64,000 bases of DNA. Origin: Congzhengia sp. GTDB lineage: Bacteria > Bacillota > Clostridia > UBA1381 > UBA9506. Where the stretch lies: the NCBI GenBank assembly GCA_045591015.1, contig JAZNSC010000008.1, forward strand, positions 28,546 to 92,545, in the 5' to 3' direction. The notes under the pieces were generated by a model. The model ran no database searches, was not told the origin of the DNA, and saw only the letters and a list, made by a program, of their open reading frames with translations. Position 1 is the stretch's first letter; the number at the start of each line of letters is the position of its first letter. Shown here piece after piece: positions 1 through 10,613 of this stretch. The translations under genes and the position numbers were made by a program.

Positions 1-675
1 CATACAAAAATCCCTGACAAGTGGAAGATAAATTTCTCGCCCCTTAATTTAAGTTTTTACGTAAAACCCATGGGCTTTAAGCATACGGGACTTTTTCCTG
101 AGCAAGCTGTAAACTGGATGTGGTTTTCAGAACTTATAAAAAATGCCAAAAGGCCCATTAAGGTTTTAAACCTTTTTGCATATACCGGCGGAGCAACGGC
201 GGCAGCAGCAGGCGCAGGAGCGTCTGTCGTTCACGTTGATTCATCAAAGGGTATGGTTGCCTGGGCGAAAGAAAATCTGGAGTGCTCAGGTCTTCGCGAT
301 AAGCCCGTGAGATTTATTGTTGATGATGTTATCAAATTCGTAGAAAGAGAAGCGCGCCGAGGCAACACCTACGACGGAATCATAATGGACCCACCCTCCT
401 ACGGCAGAGGTCCCAATGGTGAAGTGTGGAAGCTTGAGGACGAGCTGTTTCCCTTGGTAGAAAGATGTATCAAGATTTTATCACCGGAACCGCTGTTTTT
501 CTTGATAAACTCATACACAACAGGACTTCAGCCTACGGTGTTATCAGACATATTGAAGTTAAAAATAAAGAAAAAATTCGGCGGGAACGTAGAAGCCGAT
601 GAAATAGGCATTCCTGTTACAAATTCAGATTTAATTCTTCCCTGCGGTGCGGCAGGAAGATGGTGGCAAGGTTAG
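1..675 (+). CDS. class I SAM-dependent methyltransferase (RlmI/RlmK-like catalytic domain), 5' end outside window
   Basis: The frame of ORF 70..675 stays open back to nt 1, so the gene starts upstream of the window. SAM-binding motif I 'VLNLFAYTGGATAAAAGAGA' and motif IV 'IIMDPPSYG' are present. Confidence 0.75.
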   Translation, partial: HTKIPDKWKINFSPLNLSFYVKPMGFKHTGLFPEQAVNWMWFSELIKNAKRPIKVLNLFAYTGGATAAAAGAGASVVHVDSSKGMVAWAKENLECSGLRDKPVRFIVDDVIKFVEREARRGNTYDGIIMDPPSYGRGPNGEVWKLEDELFPLVERCIKILSPEPLFFLINSYTTGLQPTVLSDILKLKIKKKFGGNVEADEIGIPVTNSDLILPCGAAGRWWQG

Positions 676-723
676 GTATGTTGGGTTCAACTTCCTTATG
701 CCTAACGAGAAAGGAGTATAAAT

Positions 724-1416
724 ATGCTTACAGATCAGAGAATTTTAGTAGTAGATGATGACAGAAATATCTGTGAAATTATAAGACTATATCTTGAAAA
801 AGAGGGATTTGAAGTTGTTATTGCTTACGACGGCAAGCAGGCAATAGAGCTTTTCAAAGAAAAGACACCCTCTGTGGTATTACTTGACGTTATGATGCCA
901 AAGATGGACGGTTTTCAGGTGTGCCGCGAAATAAGAAGAATAAGCAGTATACCCATAATTATGCTTACCGCCAAGGGCGAAACCTTTGACAAGGTTTTAG
1001 GGCTTGAACTTGGTGCTGACGACTATATGGTAAAACCCTTTGACAACAAAGAACTTGTTGCTCGTATCAAGGCTATACTTCGCAGATATGAGCCCAAAGA
1101 TGCAACCGACAAAGAAATTATTTACCCAAATATAGTTATAAACCTTACAAATTATGAGTTGAAGATAAACGGCGAAACAATAGACATTCCGCCGAAAGAA
1201 TTAGAACTTTTGTATTTTCTTGCAACAAACCCCAACAAAGTATTTACAAGAGAACAGCTCTTAGAAACTGTATGGGGCTTTGATTATTTCGGCGATTCCA
1301 GAACAGTAGACGTTCACGTAAAGAGACTCCGTGAAAAGCTGGAGCTTGCAGGAGATAGTGTGAGCTGGCAGTTAAAAACCGTATGGGGTGTAGGGTATAA
1401 ATTCGAGGTGAAATAA
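724..1416 (+). CDS. OmpR/PhoB-family response regulator
   Basis: AAGGAG RBS. Receiver domain 'ILVVDDD...LLDVMMPKMDG...KP'. Winged-helix output 'TVDVHVKRLREKL...VWGVGYKF'. Confidence 0.92.
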   Translation: MLTDQRILVVDDDRNICEIIRLYLEKEGFEVVIAYDGKQAIELFKEKTPSVVLLDVMMPKMDGFQVCREIRRISSIPIIMLTAKGETFDKVLGLELGADDYMVKPFDNKELVARIKAILRRYEPKDATDKEIIYPNIVINLTNYELKINGETIDIPPKELELLYFLATNPNKVFTREQLLETVWGFDYFGDSRTVDVHVKRLREKLELAGDSVSWQLKTVWGVGYKFEVK

Positions 1417-2829
1417 GTGAAAACACGCAGTATATTTACAAAACTTTTCACTATGGTAATGGCAATATTTTTTATAAGCGTAGTCATTATGGGTACGCTT
1501 ATTTTCGGTTTTTTGGGTTCGTATTTTACCGAAACTAACGAAAAAGAACTAAAAACTATCTCAAAGCAGATAGCCGATATGACTTTGGAGATGGCAGAGC
1601 TAAATCAGCCTACCTCTCACGAATCTTATACAAAAAACCTACAGACATTAGCAGAAACCACAGGAACTGAAATTTTTGTGATAAACACAAAGGGAGAGCT
1701 TGTAGCCTCCAGCGTTGAAAACTACAAAGGCAAAATAAAAGAAACTTATACAAAAAGTATTCTTGAGGGAAACACCGAAACCTTTCGCGGCAGTATAAAC
1801 GGCGTATCAAGTGTAAGTATGCTGGCGGTAGGTTGTCCCATTGAATATCAGGGAAGTGTGGTAGGCGGTGTTTTGGTAAGTGTTCCCATGCCGCAGGTTT
1901 CACAGGGGCGCGAAGAAGTACTTAAGATTTTTCTTTGGACGGTGCTTTTAGTAATAGTGATAGTTGCGGTATTGGTGTATATTGTTTCAAAAAGGATTTC
2001 AAAACCCATAAACAAGCTGAACGAAGCGGCAAAATCCATAGCCAGCGGAAATTTCAAACAGCGCGTAGAGGTTGATGAAATAAACGAAATCGGAGAGCTC
2101 AGCGAAACCTTTAACTATATGGCAGAATCCATAGAGCAATTCGAAAACAATAGAAATAGCTTCCTAGCGAATGTTTCTCACGATTTGCGCACTCCCATGA
2201 CTACTATTACGGGCTTTGTTGAGGGAGTTTTAGACGGAACAATTCCCGAAGACAAGCGCGACTGGTATTTGTCTATCGTCCTTGATGAGAGCAAGCGACT
2301 TTCCCGTATTGTTACTGACCTTTTTGATGTAAGTAAAATAGAACAGGGAAGCATAAATTTAGACCAAAAGAACTTTGATATAAACGAGCTCGTAAGACTA
2401 AATATCATAAAACTTGAAAAACGCATAACCGATAAAAACGTTCAACTGTCAGTAGAATTCGAACGTGACGGAATATATGTTTTTGCGGATAGAGATGCTA
2501 TCTCACGAGTTCTTATGAATCTTTTTGAGAACGCTATTAAATTTACTCAAGAAAACGGCTATATAAAAATTCGTGTAGGCACTAAAGATTCAAAAGCCTA
2601 CGTGAGCGTAGAAAATTCAGGAATAGGCATAGACGAAGATGAACTTTTGCATATTTTTGACAGATTCTACAAAACCGACAAATCCCGCAGCCTTGACAAA
2701 AACGGCGCAGGGCTCGGTCTTTACATTGTAAAGGGAATCGTTCAGGCACATGGCGAGCGCGTCTGGGCAGAAAGTGTCAAAAACGAATACGCACGCTTTA
2801 GCTTTACCATGAAGCTTGCAGACCAATAA
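1417..2829 (+). CDS. sensor histidine kinase (two TM segments, HAMP, HisKA, HATPase)
   Basis: GTG start abuts the regulator's stop codon, with GAGGTG RBS. H-box 'SHDLRTPMT', N-box 'NLFENAIKF', G-box 'GLGLYIVKG'. Confidence 0.9.
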   Translation: MKTRSIFTKLFTMVMAIFFISVVIMGTLIFGFLGSYFTETNEKELKTISKQIADMTLEMAELNQPTSHESYTKNLQTLAETTGTEIFVINTKGELVASSVENYKGKIKETYTKSILEGNTETFRGSINGVSSVSMLAVGCPIEYQGSVVGGVLVSVPMPQVSQGREEVLKIFLWTVLLVIVIVAVLVYIVSKRISKPINKLNEAAKSIASGNFKQRVEVDEINEIGELSETFNYMAESIEQFENNRNSFLANVSHDLRTPMTTITGFVEGVLDGTIPEDKRDWYLSIVLDESKRLSRIVTDLFDVSKIEQGSINLDQKNFDINELVRLNIIKLEKRITDKNVQLSVEFERDGIYVFADRDAISRVLMNLFENAIKFTQENGYIKIRVGTKDSKAYVSVENSGIGIDEDELLHIFDRFYKTDKSRSLDKNGAGLGLYIVKGIVQAHGERVWAESVKNEYARFSFTMKLADQ

Positions 2830-2849
2830 TTAACTAAAGAGGGAAAACC

Positions 2850-3929
2850 ATGGCTTTAAAAATCATTCACTGTGCCGACGTGCATTTTGATTCTGCAATG
2901 TCAGGCATAAAGGAAATTGCAAAAGTAAATATACGCCGCAACGAAATGAAAGAAACATTCTCACAAATCGTGAGTTGCGCCAAGTGCGCAGATTTGCTCT
3001 TGATTTCAGGAGACTTATTTGACGGCAAAAACGTGTCAAAGTCAACACTTTCGTTTTTAAAAGAGGAGTTTTCAAAAATCCCCGAAACAAAAGTTTTCAT
3101 CTGTGCAGGAAACCACGATTATATGGGAGAGACGAGTCCCTATCGTGAGTTTGACTTTGGCGAAAATGTGCACGTTTTCACAACAGAGATGGAGTGCTTG
3201 GAGTTTTCCGACTTTGACGTTTACGGTATGTCTTTTAAATCTGCCAATGACCAGCGAGAGATGCTCGCGGGCTTTTCGGTTAAAAACCCTGAAAAGATAA
3301 ACATCTGCGTTATGCACGGCGACGTAGGAGGTACTGACTACAACCCCATAAAAGTTGCAGATATAGAAAAAAGCGGACTTGATTACTTAGCGCTTGGACA
3401 TATTCATAAGGCAAGCGGCCTCAAGAAAGCTGGTATAACACACTATGCTTACCCGGGTTGCCCCGAGGGCAGAGGCAATGACGAAACCGACGAAAAGGGC
3501 ATATATGCCATAGAACTTATAAAAGGGAATGTAGTAAACTTTGATTTTGTGCCAACTTGCAGAAGAATGTATATAGATGAAACGATAGATGTGAGCGGTG
3601 CTAAAAACTACGACCAACTCCTTGAAAAAATCCAGGAAAAACACAAGGGCGATGAGCATCTTTATCGCTTTACACTTACAGGCGGTTGTGATTTTTTTAT
3701 TGATAATGATGTCCTAAAGGAAAAAATCCAAGGCTTTTCCGTTACAATAAAAGACAAAACAACAACATCAATAGATATAGAAAAAGAGTCCCAGGAATTT
3801 TCGCTAAAGGGCTTGTTCTTGAAATTCGCATTGGAAGAAAAAGACGCCATAAGCGACGAAGAATTTAACGATGCACTAAAGGCAGGACTCAACTACATAG
3901 AAAAAGAGGAAAACAATGAGAATAGATAA
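2850..3929 (+). CDS. SbcD/Mre11-like metallophosphoesterase nuclease (YhaO-type)
   Basis: Calcineurin-like motifs 'HCADVHFD', 'GDLFDG', 'GNHD', 'GHIH'. Overlaps the downstream ATPase gene by 14 nt. Confidence 0.8.
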   Translation: MALKIIHCADVHFDSAMSGIKEIAKVNIRRNEMKETFSQIVSCAKCADLLLISGDLFDGKNVSKSTLSFLKEEFSKIPETKVFICAGNHDYMGETSPYREFDFGENVHVFTTEMECLEFSDFDVYGMSFKSANDQREMLAGFSVKNPEKINICVMHGDVGGTDYNPIKVADIEKSGLDYLALGHIHKASGLKKAGITHYAYPGCPEGRGNDETDEKGIYAIELIKGNVVNFDFVPTCRRMYIDETIDVSGAKNYDQLLEKIQEKHKGDEHLYRFTLTGGCDFFIDNDVLKEKIQGFSVTIKDKTTTSIDIEKESQEFSLKGLFLKFALEEKDAISDEEFNDALKAGLNYIEKEENNENR

Positions 3930-5934
3930 GGTAGAAATAGACGGCTTTGGAAAACTGAATAATCGCGAGTTTGTTTTTGCCGACGGAGTAAATCTTATCT
4001 ACGGCGAAAACGAAAGCGGAAAAAGCACACTGTGTGAGTTTTTGCTTTCAGCATTTTACGGGCTTCCCACCGAAACAAAAAAAGACATAATAGATATGCC
4101 CACTCGCCAAAAGTACCGTCCCTGGAATACGGACGCTTTCGGCGGCAGGGTGTATTTTACCGACGATAGCGGCAAAAATTACGTAATCGAAAAGAGTTTT
4201 AAAACCACTCCCAGAAGTGACAAATCAGTTCTTCGTGATGCTGCCACCTGGGAAGAAATCGATAGCGGAGAAAATCTGGGAGAGAGAATTTTTGGACTTT
4301 CCCGCAAGGCTTTTTTAAAGACCTTATACGTAAGAAGCCTCGGCGCCGACAGTTTAAAATCCGACGACGGCGAAATTATGTCGAGACTATCAAACCTTGA
4401 GACAGGCGGAGACGAGGACATTTCCTATTCTAAAATCATAAACGCTTTGGAAAAGGAAATCTTCCACCTTAAAACCAAAACCGGCAGAGGCGGAAAAATA
4501 ACCGAATTGGAAGATAAAATAAATGCACTAAAGCAAGAACTTTCACTGTCACAAATGACTTATAGCGCCCTTTTGTCAGAGGAAAAAAGAGCACAAGAAC
4601 TAAAAGCAATTTCCGAACAAAAGGAAAAAGAGGCAAAGTTAAAGGATGCAAAATACAACCTTGCCTTAATGCACGAAAAATACGAAAATAGCAAAAAAAT
4701 CAAAGAAACGAAGCAAGCAATCGAAGAAAGAATAAAATCTGCAAAAGAAAAACTAAATGAAACAAACGACAAACTCCAAAATCTTGACACAGAAGATGAT
4801 GTCAAGGTTTCACCTGATGAAATCAGCCGTGCAAGAGCACTAGAAACTAAAAAACTTCTGGCAGAAGAAAAACTGCAAAGCATAAACTCGCAAAAGTCAT
4901 CATCTGTAAATGTAAGCGCTTTTGCCTGGCTATTACTTTCAGTAGCGGGCATTGTGGCTATAATTTTAAAATGGTTTGTTTTGGGCGGTGCGCTTTTAGT
5001 TTTGGGAGTTGGTTTGTTCTTTGCTTTCTTCAATAAAGGCAAAAACAAAAATCACGAAATCCTAAATTCCGCCCAAAAGGAATTAGACGGAATAAATGAT
5101 GAACTATCTGCCATTTTTAAACGCTACGGAGTTTCGGTGTCCGACGAATTATCGGCACTTTTTATGAATTCCAAAGGCAAGGAAGAAAAACGTGCGGAGC
5201 TCACCCGATTGATTAAGGATTACGAAACAGAAATCGAAGCCCTGATAAAAAGCATTCCCCAAGAGAGTACGGAGGAATTTTCCGATGAGGTAAAGAACTA
5301 CTCAGGCGAAAGTTCTGATGAAATTTACCAAAATATCAAAGCATTAAGAGAAGAAAGCATTGCACTGAATGAAGAGGCTGCTCAAATCTCAGTAAGACTT
5401 GCAAGAGAAACTGCCGAAATAAGAAAAGAAGCAGACATCACAGCGGACCTGCAAATGGTTACCGAAGAAGCGGAAAGTTTAAAGAAAAGACACGCATCAT
5501 TAACCAAAGCAGCAGAGTGGTTAGCTCGTGCTCACAGTGAAATCAAAAACAACTTTGCCCCCAAACTAAACCAAAAGGCATCGGAGTTTTTGGCGTATTT
5601 GACTGCTGAAAAGTACCAGGACGTAAGGGCGACGGACGCTTTCGGTATAAACTTAAAAAATTCAACAGGCGAAATAGTAGAAGCAGAATATATGAGCCGT
5701 GGAACTTATGACTTAATGTATTTAGCGCTTCGCTTTGCGGCTATGAGTGTCTTAACAGAGGGGAAAATCCCGCCCGTGATTTTGGACGATGCTTTTTCAC
5801 AACTGGACGACACAAGGCTGAAAGCCGCCCTGGGTTTAATAAAGGAAAGCCCCGAATTTTCGCAGGTGTTGCTTTTTACCTGTCACGAAAATTACAAAAC
5901 AATATCTGATGATTTTAATGTAGTCGAGCTGTAA
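3916..5934 (+). CDS. SbcC/Rad50-like AAA ATPase with long coiled coil and two central TM helices (YhaN-type)
   Basis: Walker A 'GENESGKST' at the N-terminus, K/E-rich coiled-coil stretches, and C-terminal 'VILDDAFSQLDD' Walker B/D-loop. Hydrophobic stretch 'FAWLLLSVAGIVAIILKWFVLGGALLVLGVGLFFAFF' encoded at about nt 4915..5030. Confidence 0.75.
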   Translation: MRIDKVEIDGFGKLNNREFVFADGVNLIYGENESGKSTLCEFLLSAFYGLPTETKKDIIDMPTRQKYRPWNTDAFGGRVYFTDDSGKNYVIEKSFKTTPRSDKSVLRDAATWEEIDSGENLGERIFGLSRKAFLKTLYVRSLGADSLKSDDGEIMSRLSNLETGGDEDISYSKIINALEKEIFHLKTKTGRGGKITELEDKINALKQELSLSQMTYSALLSEEKRAQELKAISEQKEKEAKLKDAKYNLALMHEKYENSKKIKETKQAIEERIKSAKEKLNETNDKLQNLDTEDDVKVSPDEISRARALETKKLLAEEKLQSINSQKSSSVNVSAFAWLLLSVAGIVAIILKWFVLGGALLVLGVGLFFAFFNKGKNKNHEILNSAQKELDGINDELSAIFKRYGVSVSDELSALFMNSKGKEEKRAELTRLIKDYETEIEALIKSIPQESTEEFSDEVKNYSGESSDEIYQNIKALREESIALNEEAAQISVRLARETAEIRKEADITADLQMVTEEAESLKKRHASLTKAAEWLARAHSEIKNNFAPKLNQKASEFLAYLTAEKYQDVRATDAFGINLKNSTGEIVEAEYMSRGTYDLMYLALRFAAMSVLTEGKIPPVILDDAFSQLDDTRLKAALGLIKESPEFSQVLLFTCHENYKTISDDFNVVEL

Positions 5935-5940
5935 AAATGC

Positions 5941-5969
5941 TTGCAATAGGGATTTTACTGTGGTATAAT
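5941..5969 (+). promoter_or_regulatory. sigma-A type promoter for tyrS (TTGCAA-17 nt-TATAAT with TG extension)
   Basis: TTGCAA at 5941..5946, 17-nt spacer ending in TGG, TATAAT at 5964..5969. Only about 30 nt of leader precede the RBS. Confidence 0.6.
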
Positions 5970-6004
5970 TTATAGATAATGCGAACAACAAAGGAGAAAA
6001 ATAA

Positions 6005-7225
6005 ATGAAAAACGTTTTTGACACCTTAAAAGAGCGTGGTTTAATCGCGCAGACAACACACGAAGAAGAAATAAGAGAACTTCTCGGCAAAGAGAAAGTA
6101 ACTTTTTATATTGGTTTTGACCCCACTGCAGATAGCCTCCACGTAGGCCACTTCTTGCAGATGGTAGTTATGCGTCACATGCAGGATGCAGGCCATCGCC
6201 CCATTGCTTTGGTGGGCGGCGGCACAGGTATGATTGGCGACCCGTCAGGCAGAACAGATATGCGCCAGATGATGACAGTAGAAACAATCAACCACAACTG
6301 CGAATGCTTCAAAAAACAGCTTTCCTGTATTATTGATTTTGCTGATGACAAGGCTATTATGGTAAATAATGCCGACTGGTTAAGAGAATTAAACTACATC
6401 GAATTCTTGCGTGAGATTGGCTCATGCTTCTCTGTAAACGAAATGCTCCGAGCAAAATGCTTCCAGACAAGACTTGAAAAAGGTCTTTCTTTCCTTGAAT
6501 TCAACTATATGCTTATGCAGAGCTATGACTTCTTGGAATTAAACCAGAGATATGGTTGCGTAATGGAGCTTGGCGGTGACGACCAGTGGAGTAACATCTT
6601 AGGCGGTATCGACCTTTGTCGCAGAAAGGCAAATAAGCAGGTTTATGGTATGACCTTTACACTTCTTACCACATCAGACGGCAAGAAAATGGGTAAAACC
6701 GCAAAAGGCGCTCTCTGGCTTGACCCCGAAAAAGTTTCTCCCTACGAGTTCTACCAGTATTGGAGAAATGTAGACGATGCAGACGTAGTTCGCCTTATTA
6801 AGATGATTACATTCGTTCCCATGGAAGAAATTTATGAAATGGAAAAATGGGAAGGCGCAGAGCTTAATAAAGCAAAAGTTCGCCTTGCTTATGAGGTTAC
6901 AAAGCTCGTTCACGGCGAAGAAGAAGCAAACAAAGCAAAAGCCACAGCAGAGGGAATCTTTGCAGGAGGCGCATCAGGTGACATGCCCACAACAGAGCTT
7001 GAAGCAGCAAATGTAGCAGAGGAAACACAACTTCTCGACCTGATGGTTACAGCAAAGCTTATCCCCTCAAAAGGCGAGGGCAGACGCTTAATCCAGCAGG
7101 GCGGCGTATCTGTTGACGATGTAAAAATCACAGAACCCAACTACACAGTTAAAAAAGAAGATTTATTAAACGGAATAGTTATCAAAAAAGGTAAGAAAGT
7201 ATTCCACAAAGTAATTGCAAAATAA
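6005..7225 (+). CDS. tyrS: tyrosine--tRNA ligase
   Basis: HIGH motif 'SLHVGHF', KMSKS-type 'KKMGKT', and a C-terminal S4-like domain '[16 protein letters not shown]'. Confidence 0.95.
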   Translation: MKNVFDTLKERGLIAQTTHEEEIRELLGKEKVTFYIGFDPTADSLHVGHFLQMVVMRHMQDAGHRPIALVGGGTGMIGDPSGRTDMRQMMTVETINHNCECFKKQLSCIIDFADDKAIMVNNADWLRELNYIEFLREIGSCFSVNEMLRAKCFQTRLEKGLSFLEFNYMLMQSYDFLELNQRYGCVMELGGDDQWSNILGGIDLCRRKANKQVYGMTFTLLTTSDGKKMGKTAKGALWLDPEKVSPYEFYQYWRNVDDADVVRLIKMITFVPMEEIYEMEKWEGAELNKAKVRLAYEVTKLVHGEEEANKAKATAEGIFAGGASGDMPTTELEAANVAEETQLLDLMVTAKLIPSKGEGRRLIQQGGVSVDDVKITEPNYTVKKEDLLNGIVIKKGKKVFHKVIAK

Positions 7226-7246
7226 CATAGTAAAGAAGGTAACAAA

Positions 7247-8518
7247 ATGAAATTAGATACAAAATGTATTCACGCGGGCTATACCCCTAAAAACGGCGAG
7301 CCCAGACAGATGCCTATTTATCAGAGTACAACATTCAAATACGACACAAGCGAAGAAATGGGAAAACTCTTTGACTTAGAAGCATCAGGTTATTTCTATA
7401 CAAGACTTCAGAACCCTACCAATGATTATGTAGCGGCGCGTATTGCAGCTTTAGAGGGTGGTACTGCTGCCATGCTCACATCATCAGGTCAGGCGGCAAA
7501 CTTCTTTGCAGTGTTTAACATTGCATCCTGCGGTGACCACGTTGTGTCATCTTCTGCTGTCTATGGCGGTACATTCAATTTGTTTGCCGTTACAATGAAG
7601 AGAATGGGCATTGAGTTTACATTTGTATCTCCCGATGCAACAGAAGAAGAACTGCAAGCGGCAGTAAAGCCCAACACAAAAGCATTCTTCGGTGAAACTA
7701 TCGCAAATCCTGCATTAAATGTTTTAGATATCGAAAAATTCGCACGCGTTGCTCATAAAAACGGCGTGCCGTTAATCATCGACAACACATTCCCCACACC
7801 TATAAACTGCAGACCTATTGAGTGGGGAGCGGACATTGTTACACATTCTACAACAAAATACATCGACGGACACGCATCATCAGTAGGTGGTTGTATCGTG
7901 GATTCGGGTAAATTTGACTGGACAAAATACCCCGAAAAATTCCCCGGACTTTGCACACCTGACGATAGTTACCACGGTGTAACATATACCGAGCGCTTTG
8001 GCCTTGAGGGTGCATTTATCACAAAGGCAACGGCACAGTTGATGCGTGATTTTGGTGCTATTCAGTCACCTCAGCACGCATACTACATCAATTTAGGATT
8101 AGAGAGCTTACCTCTTCGTATGAAGCGCCACTGCGAAAATGCACAGAAAGTTGCAGAATACTTGAGCAAACACGAAAACATCTCCTGGGTAAGTTATTCA
8201 GGTCTTCCCGGTGACAAATACTACGACCTTGCACAGAAATATATGCCCAACGGCGGTTGCGGTGTTGTAAGTTTTGGCGTAAAAGGCGGAAGAGCAGCAG
8301 CAGAGGCCTTTATGAAGAAATTAAAGCTTGCATCTATCGAAACTCACGTTGCGGACTCTAAGACCTGTTGCTTGCATCCTGCAAATGCTACACATCGTCA
8401 GATGAACGATGCAGAGCTTGAGGCTTGCGGTATCACACCTGATTTGGTGAGATTTTCTTGCGGCTTAGAAGACGCAGAGGACATCATCAAAGATTTAGAA
8501 CAGGCACTCAAAAACTAA
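7247..8518 (+). CDS. metY: O-acetylhomoserine aminocarboxypropyltransferase (sulfhydrylase), PLP-dependent
   Basis: Cys/Met-metabolism PLP family. PLP-lysine region 'HSTTKYIDGH'. N-terminus 'KCIHAGY...PIYQSTTF'. Confidence 0.9.
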   Translation: MKLDTKCIHAGYTPKNGEPRQMPIYQSTTFKYDTSEEMGKLFDLEASGYFYTRLQNPTNDYVAARIAALEGGTAAMLTSSGQAANFFAVFNIASCGDHVVSSSAVYGGTFNLFAVTMKRMGIEFTFVSPDATEEELQAAVKPNTKAFFGETIANPALNVLDIEKFARVAHKNGVPLIIDNTFPTPINCRPIEWGADIVTHSTTKYIDGHASSVGGCIVDSGKFDWTKYPEKFPGLCTPDDSYHGVTYTERFGLEGAFITKATAQLMRDFGAIQSPQHAYYINLGLESLPLRMKRHCENAQKVAEYLSKHENISWVSYSGLPGDKYYDLAQKYMPNGGCGVVSFGVKGGRAAAEAFMKKLKLASIETHVADSKTCCLHPANATHRQMNDAELEACGITPDLVRFSCGLEDAEDIIKDLEQALKN

Positions 8519-8536
8519 CGGTAGGGAGGCTAATCT

Positions 8537-9454
8537 ATGCCCATAAAAATACCTAATGAATTGCCGGCGGTTAAGGTTTTAAACAGTGAAAACATATTCG
8601 TAATGACGGAAAAGCGTGCTATCACGCAGGATATCCGTCCGTTGAAGCTTTTGATTTTAAACCTTATGCCTTTAAAAATTGATACAGAAACACAACTTTC
8701 AAGAATGCTAGGAAACACACCCCTGCAGATAGAAATCGAACTTTTAAAGACAAGCACCTATGAGTCAAAGAACACTGCCCAAGAGCATCTTTTGAGTTTT
8801 TACAAGACCTTTGACGAGGTAAAGGACAGAAAGTTCGACGGTCTTATTATTACAGGTGCACCTGTTGAGCACATGGAATTTGAAGAGGTTGAGTACTGGG
8901 ACGAACTCTGTGAAATCATGGAGTGGTCCAAGAAAAACGTCACAAGCACATTCCACATTTGCTGGGGCGCACAGGCGGGACTTTATTACCACTACGGCAT
9001 AAAGAAATACCCCCTTGAGAAGAAACTCTTTGGCGTGTTTAAACATAAGGTGGATTACAAAAAGTCAATCCTTATGCGTGGCTTTGACGATGAATTCTAT
9101 GTTCCTCACTCAAGACACACCACAGTAAAAAGAGAAGACATCGAAGCAGTAAAAGGACTAAAAATTCTTTCGTCTTCGCCTGATGCAGGCGTGTATGCCG
9201 TAAGTAGTAAAAACGGAAGACAGATATTTATCACGGGACACTCAGAATACGACCCCGGCACACTGAGAAAAGAATACGAAAGGGATAAAGCGGCAGGTCT
9301 TCCCATCGATATTCCCGTGAACTATTTCCCCAATGATGATGATACAAAAGAGCCCGTTTCCACTTGGCGAGCACACGCAAATCTTCTATATACAAACTGG
9401 CTCAACTATTTCGTATACCAGACAACACCGTACGATATCAACGACATCAAATAA
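8537..9454 (+). CDS. metA: homoserine O-acyltransferase (MetA family)
   Basis: Typical MetA N-terminus '[11 protein letters not shown]...L..ENIFVM...[16 protein letters not shown]', and 'HICWGAQA' containing the catalytic Cys. Confidence 0.9.
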   Translation: MPIKIPNELPAVKVLNSENIFVMTEKRAITQDIRPLKLLILNLMPLKIDTETQLSRMLGNTPLQIEIELLKTSTYESKNTAQEHLLSFYKTFDEVKDRKFDGLIITGAPVEHMEFEEVEYWDELCEIMEWSKKNVTSTFHICWGAQAGLYYHYGIKKYPLEKKLFGVFKHKVDYKKSILMRGFDDEFYVPHSRHTTVKREDIEAVKGLKILSSSPDAGVYAVSSKNGRQIFITGHSEYDPGTLRKEYERDKAAGLPIDIPVNYFPNDDDTKEPVSTWRAHANLLYTNWLNYFVYQTTPYDINDIK

Positions 9455-9495
9455 ATTTTATTAAATAAAAAAACTAAGGTATGGGAGAGAACATT

Positions 9496-10602
9496 ATGAG
9501 TGACAGAGTTTTAAAAGTAGGCGTTGTAGGATTAAGACGCGGACGCGACATTGTAAACAGTATCGTTGGCGAACCCAATATGCGCCTTTATGCAATTTGC
9601 GACGCTGATGAAGAAAGATTGGAAGACGCTAAAAAACACTTCGAAGGAAAAGGCGTAGAGGACCTTCAGTGCTTTACATCTTACGAGGAATTTTTAAAGT
9701 CTGATGTAGAGGCTGTAGTAGTAGCATCAGGCGTTGACCGTCACGTTGCTATGTCAATTCAGGCAATGGACGCAGGCAAACACGTTTTAAGTGAAATCCC
9801 TGTAGTAAATACAATAGAAGAAGCAAAAATCCTAAAAGATGCAGTAAAGAGCCACCCCGAACTTAAATACTTCGCAGGCGAAAACTGCTGCTTCTGGAGA
9901 TTTGTAGACGAATGGAAAAAACTCATCGAAAAAGGCTACGTTGGCGACCCTGTATACATTGAGGGTGATTATCTTCACCACACATATACAGAAAAACCCG
10001 GTCCTTTGAGCTTAAATCCCGACGGAACACTTAACTGGAGAGCAGACTTAAATGCTATTCAGTATTTAACCCACGAACTCGGTCCTATTCTTTATATGTT
10101 AGGCGATGACAGAGTTGTAAGCGTATGCGGCTTTGCTCCCGGCTTTGAAACTGTTCCATGGAAGCAGGGCAGAGGTCAGTCCAACGAAGTAGCAATGTTT
10201 AGAACCGCCAAAGGCGCACTTATCAAAATCTTCATTGGTTTTGGTGTTCATTGCGGCTTTGACCATAACTTTGTTGTTTACGGTTCAAAAGGCACAATTG
10301 AAACAGACAGAAGAGAAATGGTAGTAAACGCTCACTCATACGGAAGATTCCACGATATTAAGGACATCAGTCCTGACAAAATCGAGCTTCCTTACACCAC
10401 ACAGTACCCCGGTGAAAAGGACGACGGCCACGGCGGCGCTGATACACAGATGATGAAAGCATTTGCAAAATGTATTATAGAAGACACAAAACCTGCCGTT
10501 GATATTGATATGGGCATCCAGATGTCCATTGCAGGAATTTATGCTCACGAATCAGCCATGAATGGCGGCGTTCCCATAGAAATTCCCAGTTTTGACGACT
10601 AA
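9496..10602 (+). CDS. Gfo/Idh/MocA-family NAD(P)-dependent oxidoreductase, copy 1
   Basis: Rossmann N-terminus 'LKVGVVGLRRGRD'. ATG 9496 (GGGAGAG RBS) aligns with the start of the downstream paralog; ATG 9481 is the alternative start. Confidence 0.8.
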   Translation: MSDRVLKVGVVGLRRGRDIVNSIVGEPNMRLYAICDADEERLEDAKKHFEGKGVEDLQCFTSYEEFLKSDVEAVVVASGVDRHVAMSIQAMDAGKHVLSEIPVVNTIEEAKILKDAVKSHPELKYFAGENCCFWRFVDEWKKLIEKGYVGDPVYIEGDYLHHTYTEKPGPLSLNPDGTLNWRADLNAIQYLTHELGPILYMLGDDRVVSVCGFAPGFETVPWKQGRGQSNEVAMFRTAKGALIKIFIGFGVHCGFDHNFVVYGSKGTIETDRREMVVNAHSYGRFHDIKDISPDKIELPYTTQYPGEKDDGHGGADTQMMKAFAKCIIEDTKPAVDIDMGIQMSIAGIYAHESAMNGGVPIEIPSFDD

Positions 10603-10613
10603 TAAAGAACGAT

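Noticed and set aside
4560-5048. 162-aa antisense ORF within the SbcC-like gene
   Set aside because: It is the reverse complement of the K/E-rich coiled-coil coding region, which yields an S/F/L-rich shadow frame. There is no independent support.
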